A DNA stretch of 64,000 bases from Macrostomum lignano. Lineage: Eukaryota. The first letter of the stretch is position 1; each line of letters opens with the position of its first letter. The notes beneath the pieces were generated by a model. It ran no database searches. It was not told the DNA's origin and saw only the letters and a list, made by a program, of their open reading frames with translations. The DNA lies in contig NIVC01000983.1 of NCBI GenBank assembly GCA_002269645.1, positions 124,001-188,000 on the forward strand, written 5' to 3'. Below, piece after piece: positions 26,501 to 38,500 of the stretch. The translations under genes and the position numbers were made by a program.

Positions 26501-29500
26501 TTCATGTTATCAAAACGATGAGCTAGCCTAGAGGTGAACAGACTGAACTGCTAATGCAGCGACGTGGGTTCGAATTTTTAGAGAGTAAAAGTTTTTTTAT
26601 TAAAAATTTTAACTTTCAAAAACGTCCGGTAAATCAGGTAAAAAAGAAGAAGCTACGAGCCTTCATGTAGTATATTCAAATTTTTTTATTAAACTTTGAA
26701 TTTTGAAAAGGATTATTGCACTAGATAAGAAACTACGCTCGTAATTATTGTACTAGCTGAGTAAATTGTTTCACTGTCTTGCTTGGGTTACTTTCTATCA
26801 GGGGATGCTTGCTATCGAAAGGACGCTTGCTCTTAGGGCATGCTTGATCGGGTGAGATTGCTAAGATGTCAAGACATACTGGGGAATTATTCAGATAAGC
26901 AGGCTTACTGGGGAATTACTCAGATGTCAAGCCTTAAAGGGACTTGCTGAGATGCCAAAAGGAAATTGCTGAGGTTTCAAGGCGTGGGGGAATTTCTGAG
27001 ATGTCAGGCCCTTGGACGGGGAGAAATTGCTAAGTTGTGAAGACCTACTGATGTGAAGACCATCTCAACAATTCCCCCCAAGCCTTGACACCTCAGTTCA
27101 TTCTCTCTTAAGCTTTGACATCTCAGCAATTCGCTCTCAAGGCTGAAGAGGGACTTTCTGAGACGCCAAGGCTTGTTGGGGGGATTGCTGAGATGTTAAG
27201 GCTTGGGGGGAATTTCTGAGATATAAAGGCTTACTTGGAGGACTGCTGAGATGTCAAAGCTTACTGGGGAAATCACTGAGATATAAAGGCTTACTTGGAG
27301 GACTGCTGAGATGTCAAGTCTTGGCAGGGGAATTCCTGAAATTTCAAGTCTTGAGAGCGAATTGCTGAGATATCAAAGCTGAAGAGAGAATGAACTGAGG
27401 TATCAAGGCTTGGGGGGAATTGTTGAGATGTCAAGTCTTGGGGGGGGGAATTCTGTGGATTGGGGATTCCTTCCATGAGGGCTGCTTCTAATGGATATCT
27501 TTAGATAGGTGATTCATTGGGAAATTCCATCGATGGGGGATTCTTTCGATGGAGGGTTCTTTGAATGGGGGATTCTTTAGATGAAGGATTCTTTGGCCTA
27601 GGCTTTTATTGATGGGGGATTATTTAGACGGGAGACTCTTTGGATTCTTTAGATGGAGTTTATTTGGAGTATGATTCTTTGGATTATTTGGACGGGGTTC
27701 TTTAGATGAGGGGACTCAGATTCAGATTCTTCAGATTCAATGATTCTTTTGATGGAGGTTTATTTGGATGAGAGAATATTTGCATTATTTTGATCGGGAT
27801 TCTGTGGATGGGGGGATTCTTTGGATAGGGATGGATGGGGGGATTCTTTAGATTGGGATGGATGGGGGGATTCTTTGGATAGGGACGGATGGGGATTCTT
27901 TGGATAGGGGATTCTGTCGATGGGGGATTCATTGGAAGGGGAATTCTTCGGATCGGGGATTCTATCGATGGGGGTTTCTTTGGATGGGGATTCTCTGCAT
28001 GTGAGATTCTTTGTATCGTGGATTCTATGGGTGGTGGATTCTTTGGATGGGGGATTCTTTAAATTTGAGATTCAGTTGGGTGAAATTTTATTGCGTGGAA
28101 AAACTGTGGTTTGAGTTTGGACGAATAGCCCCAACGGGGGTTGGAATTGGATAGCTGAGGAAATTGTTTCACTAATCTTGGTGGGGGTACTTTCTATCAG
28201 GGGATGCTTGCTCGGAAGAGAATTCTAAGATGTCAAGATTTATAGGGGGGAATTATTGAAATACATGTATAAAATCTTACCTATTGGAATTAATGAGATG
28301 TGAAGGCTTAAGAGGGACTTGGGGGGATTGCAAGGCTTAAGAGGGACTTGCTGAGATGCAAGACTTGTGGGGGAGAATTGCTGAGATTTCAAGGCTTAAC
28401 GGGGAACTGCTGAGATGTCAAGGCTTTGGACGGGGAGAAATTGGTAAGATGTCAAGGCGTTGGACGGGGAGAAATTGGTAAGATGTCAAGGCTTGGGGGA
28501 ATTTTATGAGGTGTCGAGGCTCGGGGGAATTGCTGAGATGTTAAGTTTTGGGGGGGAATTCTATGGATTGATGATTCTTTGGATGAGGGATGCTTCTAAT
28601 GGATGGATATCTTTGGATAGATGATTCATTAGGGAATTCCTTTGATGGGGCATTGTTTCGATGGAGGGTTTTTCGAATGGTTGATTCTTTAGATGAAGGA
28701 TTCGTTAGATGGGGGTTATTTGGACGGGGGTTCTTTAGATGAGGGGATTCTTTGGCCAAGAATTCTATTAATAGGGGGATTATTTGGATGGGAGATTCTT
28801 TGGATTCGTTGGATGGGGATTATTCGGACGGGGTTCTTTAGATGAGGGAATTCTTTGGCCAATTATTTCTTTGATGGCGGATTATTTAGATGGGAGATCT
28901 ATGGATTATTTAGATGGGAGATCTATGGTTTATTTAGATGGGGATTATGATGTGAATTATTTGGACGGGGATTCATTGGGGGGGATTCATTGGATATGGA
29001 TGGATGGGGGATTCTTTAGGTAGGAATGAATGAGGAAATTCTTTGGATAGGAATGAATGAGGAAATTCTTTGGATAGGGATGGATGGAGGATTCTTTATA
29101 TTTGGATTCTGTGGATAAGGGATTCTTTGGATGGGGATTCTGTGGATGAGGGATTCTTTGGATGGGGATTCGTTAGATAGGGGGCTTCTGTAGATCGGGA
29201 ATTTCTTGAGTATGGGATTCATTGAATGGGGAATTATTCGGATCGGTGATTCTATCGATAGGGGTTCTTTGGATGGGGGATTCTTTGCATGTGAGATTCT
29301 TTGCATCGGGGATTTTGTGGATGGGGAAAACTGTGGTTGGAGTTTGGACGGAAAGCCCCAACGGGGGTTGGGATTGGCTAGTCCAATATACTAAAAATCA
29401 AAACTATGTACCTACCTACCTATCTACCTATCTATAGGAACCTTCGTTTAACTAGACTTTGCGTGGTCCGAATTTCGTGGGGTTTTCTGCATTCGATGCG

Positions 29501-32500
29501 TATTGATGGTGCACTGGTACACAACATTTTGCTAAGAAATTGCTTTATTTTTTCGGGATTAAATATTCGAAAAACTCGATTTTTGCCCCGTTTTTTTAAA
29601 GTTCAAACAGTTCTTTCCGATTGAGAAGCAGTCTGACTGCCGATGGAATTGTATTGCATCATAACTCATTGCCAACTATGGCATTGGTTCTCTACACTGG
29701 CGTGGAGAGCTACAAGCGTTGAAAGGTTGCGCAACACCTTTTAGTTATTGAATTGAGGGGCGGGTATTGGCATTCAATGAGTCCTGGGCATTGGCTTGGT
29801 TGTGAATTTCAATGCATCAACTTGCAGGCCTCTCACTGTAGCTGGCGCTGAATGTACACCTTATGAATTTGACTGCTTTAAAGCAGGAATGTCCAACCGT
29901 TGTTTGTGCTTCGAGTTTTTCACTTTCAGAAGAGAGCCTTGTATTGCTGGAAAGAGCTAGAAACGCAGAGTTCGAGAATATAATCTGTTTGCTGAGATTT
30001 AAAAAATTAAAATCACAGCATAAAAAAGAAATTTCTATACTTTTTACTCTTTATTCTCATTGTACGCTCTCTCATATCGCAAAACCCTACTTATCGCAAC
30101 TCCACAATTCAAGCCAGCGCAATTAGATCTAAATTTAGATTGCGTAACCATATTCTTGACTTCAATTGTCGACTTTATTAATTGAAACTGATATTGACTG
30201 CCTGAGAAATTGATTACGTCGTAACTGCTTCGAGTGATTTCTACTCTATGCTGGGAGTTTTCAAAGTGTTGAAATATATAAGTGCTACAATTCATGTTAT
30301 CAAAACGATGAGAGCTAGCCTAGAGGTAAACAGACTGAACTGCTAATGCAGCGACGTGGGTTCGAATTTTTAGAGTGTTGAAGTTTTTTATTAAAAAATT
30401 TAATTTCAAGAAAGCTAAAGGAACCTTAAAAATGTCAAGTAAATCAGGTAAAAGAGAAGAAGCTACGAGCGTTCATGTAGTATAATCAAAAATTTTATTC
30501 AACTTTAAATTTTGAAAAGTTTAAAAAATGACTATTCCAATAGATAAGAAATTAATTATTGTAATAGCTGACGAAATTGTTTCACAATCTTGCTGGGGGT
30601 ACTTTCTATCAGGGGATGCTTGCTATCGGAAGGACGCTTGCTTTTGGGAATGCTTGCTCGGGGGAGATTGCTAACTGGGGGAATCACTGAGATGTCAAGG
30701 CTTGGTGGGGAAATTCCTCAGATGTCAAGTCTTAGAGGGGGGAGGGAATTGCTGAGATGCCAAGGCTTAGAGGGGGGAGGGAATTGCTGAGATTTTAAGG
30801 CTTAGAGGGAGGAGGGAATTGCTGAGATGTGAAGGCTTGGGGGAATTTCCGAGATGTCAATGCTTGGTGGGGAAATTCCTGAGATGTCAAGTCTTAGAAG
30901 GGGGAAATCTGTGAGATATCAAGTCTAAGGGGGGAATTGCTGAGATGTAAAGGCTTGGGGGAATTTCTGAGATGTCAAAATCTTAGGGAAGAGAATTGCA
31001 GAGATTTTAAGTCCTGAGGGCGAATTGCTGAGATGTCATGTCTTTGGGGGGAATTCTATGGATTGGGGATTCTTTGAATGAGGGAGGGTGCTTCTAATAT
31101 ATATCTTTGGATAGTGATTTATTGGGGAATTCCTTCGTTGGGGGATTATTGTTTCGATGAAGGGTTCTTTGAATGGGGGATTCTTTAGATGAAGGCTTCT
31201 TTCTATAGAGTGATCCTTTGGATATGAGATTATTTGGGGGGGGATTCTTTATGAGGGGATTCTTTGGATGGGGAGTGTTTCGACGGTGGTTCTTTAGATG
31301 AGAGGATTCTTTGGCCAAGGATTCTTTTGATGGGGTATTATTTGAATGGGAGATTCTTAAGAGGGGGATTCTTTGGATAGGGGTGGATGGGGGATTCTTT
31401 GAATAGGGATGGATGGGGGGTTCTTTGGATAGGGATGGATCTGGGGTTCTTTGGATAGGGATGGATGGGGGGTTCTTTGGATGAGGGATTCTTTAAACGG
31501 GGATTCTGTGGAGGTCAAGTCTTAGGGGGGGGGGAATTGCTGAGATGTCAACGCTTTTGACTGGGAGAAATTGCTAAGATGTCAAGATTTACTGGGGGGA
31601 ATTACTGAGATATAAAGACTTACTGGGGGAATTACTGAGATTTCATTGCTTAATGGGAAATTCCTTAGATGTCAAGTCTTACAGAGGGGAATTGCTGAGA
31701 TGGCAAGACTTACTGGGGGGAATTACTGAGATATAAAGACTTACTGGGGGAATTACTGAGATATAAAGGCTTACTGGGGGAATTTCTGAGATGTCAAGAC
31801 TTGAGACGGGGAGAAATTGCTAAGATGTCAAGTCTTAGGGGGGGATTTTTAAGATGTCAAGGCTTAAGGGTAATTTTTGAGATGTCTTGGGGAAGGGAAT
31901 TACTGAGATTTCGAGGCTTGGTAAGAATCAAGGCTAGGATTTCAAGGCTAACTGCGGGAATTACGGGCGTACTGAGATATCAAGGCTTGCGCCGGAATCG
32001 CTGAGATGTCAGAGCTTAAGGGGAAATTGCTGAGATGTCAAGGCTTGGGGGATTTCTGAGGTGTCAAGGCTTGGGGGAATTGCTGAGATATTAAGTCTTG
32101 GGGGAATTCTATGGATTGGAAATTTTTGGTTGAGGGGTGCTTCTGATGGATATTTTTGGATAGGTGATTCATTGGGAACTTCCTTCGATGTGGGATTCTT
32201 TCGATGAAGGGTTCTTCCGATAAAGGGATCTTTTGGATTGGATTGGATTGGATTTGGATTGTTTGGACGGAGATTATTTGCATGAGGGGATTCTTTAGAT
32301 GGGGGTTATTTGGATGGGTGTTCTGTAGATGAGGGGATTCTTTGGCCAAGGATTCTATTTGGATGGGAGATTCTTTGGATTCTTTGGATGGGGGGTTCTT
32401 TGGATTCTTTAGATGGGGTTTCTGCTAATAGGGATTATTTGGATGTGGATTCTTTAGAGGGGGGTTTGCTGGAGGGGTTTCTTTGGATTCTTTGGATTGG

Positions 32501-35500
32501 GATTATTTGGACGGGGGTTCTTTAGATGAGGGGATTATTTTGTCAATGATTTTTTAGATAAGGGATAATTTGGATTTGAGAATATTTGGATTATTTAGAT
32601 GGGAATTTTGTGGATGGGGATTATTTGGATGTCGATTATTTAGATGGGGATTCTTTGGATATGGATGGATTGGGGGATTCTTTAGATAGGAATGGATGCC
32701 GGGTTTTTCTGGATAGGGATGAATAGGAGGATTCTTTAGATAGGGATGGATGGGGGATTCTTTCGATAGGGATGGATTTGGGATTCTTTGGATATGGATG
32801 GATGGGAGGATTCTTTGGATAGGGATGGATTTGGGTTTCTTTGGATATGGATGGATGAGGATATTTTAGATAGGGATGGATGGGGATTCTTTGGATATGG
32901 AAGGATGGGGGGATTCTTTGGATAGGGTTGGATTTGAGATTCTTTGGATGGGGATTCTGTGTATGGGGGATTCCTTGGATAGGAAATTCATTGGATGGGG
33001 ATTCTTCGAATCAGGATTCTATCAATGGGGGTTCTTTGAATGGAGGATTCTTTGGATATAGGATTCTTTGCATGTGAGATTCTATGGATGGGCGATTCAT
33101 TGGATGGGGAATTCTTCAGATAGGAGGATTCCTTTAGTGGGGAATTGTGTGGATTGTGTGGAGTGGGGAATTAAGTAGATTCTATCGATGGAGGTTCTTT
33201 AGATGGCGGATTCTTTGGATAGGGAATTCTTTGCATGTGAGATTCTTTGCATCAGAGATTTTATAGATGGGGGATTTTTTGGATGAGGGATTCTTTGGAT
33301 GTGGGATTCAGTGGGGTGAAATTTTATTGCGTGGGAAAACTGTGATTGGAGTTTGGACGGAAAGCCCCAACGGGGGTTGGAATTGGCTAGTCCTAATACT
33401 AAAAATGGTCTGTCGGTATGTGTGTGTGTGTGTGTGTGTGTGTGATCGATTTTAGCAAAAACGGCTCAACCGATTTTCTTCGAACTTGCACTGTTCGATC
33501 AGAAATTTTCCCGTGACAGTACATGCATCGCGGCTAAGAAATTGCTTGATGCTAAAGGGATTAAATATTCGAAAAACATGCTTTTTTGCAAAGGTCAAGC
33601 AGCTCTTTCAACTTGAAAGACATTGTAAGAATGCTAGAGAAAAAACTGACTGGTTGAATTCTGATTCTGAAATAGATTGCATCACAATAGGCTTTTTATT
33701 TATTGTCTGTGTACTGGATGAATTTTGACACTCAATTGAATTGCGTCACAAGATTGAGTGTGGAAGCATAGCACAATACTTGATTTATATTGCGTAACCA
33801 CAATGCTAACTTTAATAGAGACTGGTACTGATTTGCCTAAGAAATTGATTATGTCATAACTGCTTTGTGTAACTTTTACTCAATTGACTTGGTGTGAGTG
33901 TTGAATTATATAAGTGTTACAAATTCATTTGTAATTTCAATGAGAGCTAGCCTAGATATGAATAGAAGACTGGACCGCTAATGCAGCGACCAGGGTTCGA
34001 ATCTAAGTAGTGTAAAAGTAGTAATGTAATTTTTTTATTGAAAGCTTTTATTAAAAGACTAATTAAAAACCTTTAGATTACTGTGTTTGATAAACCAGGG
34101 ATTACTGCACTTGATTAGCAAAGGATTACTGCACTTGATAAAACCAAGGATTATTGCTCTTAATAAACCAAGGATTACTGCACTTGATAAACCAAGGATT
34201 ATTGCTCTTAATAAACCAAGGATTACTGCACTTGATAAACAAAGGATTATCGCTCTTAATAAGCCAAGGATTATTTCTCATAATAAGCTAAGGATTATTT
34301 CGCTTAATAGGCCAAGGATTACTGCACTTGATAAACCTACTGCACTTGATAAACCAAGGATTACTGCGCTTGGCAAATCAAGGATTACTGCACTTGATAG
34401 GCAAAGGATTACTGCACTTGATAGGCAAAGGATTACTGCACTTGATAGGCAAAGGATTACTGCACTTGATAAACCAAGAATTTTTGCTCTTAATAAACCA
34501 AGGATTACTGTACTTGATAAACCAAGGATTATTGCACTTGATAAACCAAGGATTATTGCTGTTAATAAGCCAAGGATTACTGCACTTGATAAACCAAGGA
34601 TTATTGCTCTTAATAAATCAAGGATTACTGCGCTTGATAAGCCAAGGATTACTGAACTTGATAAACCAAGAATTATCGCTCTAAATAAGCTAAGGATAAT
34701 TGCTCTCAATAAACCAAGGATTACTGCACTTGATAAACCAAAGATTATAGCACTTGATAAACCCAGGATTATTGCTCTTAATAAGCCAAGGATAATTGCT
34801 CTTAATAAGCTAAGGATTTTTGCACTTGGCAAACCAAGGATTACTGCACTTGATAAACCTACTGCACTTGATAAACCAAGGATTATCGCTCTTAATAAGC
34901 TAAGGATTATTGCACTTGGCAAACCAAGGATTACTGCACTTGATAAACCAAGGATTACTGCGCTTGGCAAATCAAGGATTACTGCGCTTGATAAACCAAG
35001 AATTATCGCTCTTAATAAGCTAAGGGATATTGCACTTGGCAAACCAAGGATTACTGCTCCTAATAAGCCAAGGATTATTGCTCTCAATAAGCTAAGGATT
35101 TTTGTACTTGGCAAATCAAGGATTACTGCACTTGATAAACCAAGGATTACTGCTCTTGATAAGCCAAGGATTATTGCACTTGGCAAACCAAGGATTACTG
35201 CACTTGATAAACCAAGGATTATTGCTCTTAATAAATCAAGGATTACTGCACTTGATAAGCTTGACTACATGTATGGGATTCTTTCTATCCAGGGATGCTT
35301 GCTATTCAGGGATTCTTGCTATCTGCAAGATGCTTGCTATCTGGGTGGATGCTTCTACAGTATCTTGCGATGCTTGCTATGTGCAGGTTGCTTGCTATCT
35401 GGGGTGAAGCTTGCTACGTGTACTAAGGGATGCTTGCTATCTGTTGTTGCTTACTTTTGGAGGGGGTGCTTGCTATCTGGAGGGATACTTGCTGTCTTGG

Positions 35501-38500
35501 AAATATTTTCTATTTAGGTGGAATGTCTGTTATTTTTGTGAAAGCTATATTTTGTTGTCGGTTTGTTAATTTTAGAAAAAAAGAGATTCATAGCAAATAT
35601 CATTGTCCATGACAATTTTACATGAATAAGGTGATTTTTAAAAGTGAAGAAGGAATTGGTGTTTAACGCCAGTACGTGATGCCTCTGCATGATAGGCAAC
35701 TGTGTTGTTGCCTTTAGGTAACAATATTTTTTGCTGTAGCTGCTTTTCCAGCCATTGCCGAGCGTACTGCTTGCACCGCTACAGAAGTAGTACGCTATTG
35801 CTTTGAAAGAAGGCAAGTATGGTTGAATTGTCAGTTTTAAAATTCTACACAAGCATGTTTTATTAGCACATAAGCCCAAGAATTAAAATGAGAATTCGAT
35901 TCCTAGCCCCCCTCCCTAAGAATTAATTTCATTTTAAAGGATTCGTCCCTTGCTTATTGGCCACCCCGAAGGGGGGCGCTAGATTGCTAGTCCTATATAC
36001 TAAAAATGAGTTGTCTGTATCTATCTCGCTATGCGATAGATTTCAGAAAAAACGGCTCAACCGATTTTCTTCAAACTTGCACCATTCGATCAGAAATTTT
36101 CCTGGGACGGTACATGCATCTTGGCTAAGAAATTGCTCAATATTAAAGGGATTAAATATTCGAAAAACATGCTTTTTTTGCAAAGGTCAAGCAAAATTTT
36201 CGACTTGAAATGCATTGTAAGAATGCTAGAGAAAACATTGACTGACTGAATTTCAATTCTGATAAGGATTGCATCACAACAAATTGAAAACAGTGCCGAA
36301 GAAATGCACACACAACTTGATTGAAATTGCGTAACAATATTGCTAACTTAAATTGAGACTGATTCTGGCTGACTGAGAAATTGATTATGTCATAACTTTT
36401 TACTCTAACCGACTTGCTGTAAGAATTGAATTAAAAGGGCCACAATTCATGTTCTCCAATTGACAAGAGATAGCATAGATGCGAACAGACTGGACTGCTA
36501 ATGCAGCGACCTGGGTTCGAATCTTAGTAGTGCAAAAAGATTTTTTTATTAAAACACCTTAAAAACACAAAATGCTAAACACAAAAAAGCAAAATGTCAA
36601 ACATTTAAGAGCCATCATGTCTAACATTAAAGAGCCATTGCCATTATGTCGAACATTAAAGAGCCACCATGTCAAACATTAAAGAGCCACCATGTCCAAC
36701 ATTAAAGAGCCACCATGTCTAACATTAACGAGTCACCATGTCAAGTATATTCGTGACTCCATGTCAAACATAAAAGAGCCACCATGAAGAACATTAAAGA
36801 GCCTCCACGTCAAACATTAAAGAGCCACCGTGTCAAACATAAAAGAGCCACCATGTCAAACATTAAAGAGCCACAATGTCAAACATTAAAGAGCCACCAT
36901 GTCGAACATTAAAGAGCCATCATGTCTAACATTAAAGAGCCACAATGTCAAACATTAAAGAGCCACCATGTCAGACATTAAAAAAAAACCCGATTCAAAC
37001 ATAAAAGAGCTACCATGTAGAACATAAAAGAGCCAAAAGAGCCACAAACATAAAAGAGCCACCATCTCAAACATATATGTGACTCCATGTCAAACATAAA
37101 AGAGCCATCATGATAAACATTAAAGAGCCACCATGTCAAACATAAAAGAGACACCATTTCGAAAATTAAAGAGCCACCATGTCAAACATAAAAGAGCCAC
37201 CATGTCAAACATTGAAGAGCCACCATGTCAAACATTAAAGAGACACCATGTCAGACATTAAAAAACCCCGATTCAAACATAAAAGAGCCACCATGTAGAA
37301 CATAAAAGAGCCACCATGTCAAACATTAAAGAGCCACCATGTCAAACATAAAAGATACACAATTTCAAACTTAAAAGTAAGCGTCATGCCAATTTTAAAG
37401 GAGCCACTATAGAGCTTAGGAAATTGTTGTACTAGCTACTTATTGCCTGGTGGATGCTTACTATTTGGGGATGCTTGCTATCTGGGGGATGCTTGCTATC
37501 TGGGAGGGGGGATGCTTCCTATCTGGGGGGATGCTTGCTATCTGGGAGGGGGAATGCTTCCTACCTGGGGGATGCTTGCTATCTGGGAGGGGGGATGCTT
37601 CCTATTTGGGGGATGCTTGCTATCTGGGGGATGCTTGCTATCTGGGGGAATATTAAAGAGCCACTATGTCGAACATTAAAGAGCCACTATGTCGAACATT
37701 AAAGAGCCACCATGTCAACCATAGAAGAGCCACCATGTCGAACATAAAAGAGCCACCATGCCAAGCATAAAAGAGCCACCATGTCAAACATAAAAGAGCC
37801 ACCATATCAAACATAAAAGAGCCACCATGCCAAACATGAAAGAGCCACCCTGTCGAACATAAAATGCTAGCTATCTGGGGATGCTTGCTATCTGGGGGAT
37901 GCTTGCTATTTGGGGGATGCTTGCAATCTGGGGGATGCTTGCTATCTGGGGGATGCTTGCTGTCTTGGGATGATTTCTTTTTGCATTGCACTTTATTTGA
38001 GCAGTTTGTCTGTTGTCTTTGAGAAGGCTTTATCTGGCTGTCTTTTTGTTACCTGTAGAGAGCAGAGATTCTATCCAGATGTCCCCCAACGGGGGGCGAA
38101 GATTGCTAGTCGCATATTCTGAAATTGAAATCCCTCATTCTGAAACCAAAATCCCTCATTCTGAAATTGAAATCCCACATTCTGAAATCGAAATCCCACA
38201 TTCTGAAATTGAAATCCCATATACAGAAATTGAAATCCCATACTCTGAAATTAAAATCCCACATTCTAAAATTGAAATCCCATACTTTGAAATGAAATCC
38301 AATATTTTAAAATGGATATCTCACATTCTGAAATTGAGATCCAATACTCTAAAATTGAAACCCCATGTTCTGTAATTGAAATCCTTTTTCTGGAATTGAA
38401 AGCTGATATTTTCTAATCAAAATGTCCTATTCTATAATCATGGAAATTTTCGACACACAAAAAATCGAAAAAAAGAATTAAAAATCTCTCAAAAAATGGT

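Larger units (their letters stand above)
23467..38109 (+). mobile_element. Composite head-to-tail array of five non-autonomous Helitrons in ERLEC1 intron 3
   Basis: Block starts A|TC (23466/23467) and ends CTAG|T (38109/38110), rejoining the 21-bp repeat as GAAA|TCGCATATTC. Internal junctions hairpin-N~10-CTAG|TCC at 29381, 33390 and 35990. No RepHel ORF and no TSD, as expected for Helitrons. Confidence 0.85.
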
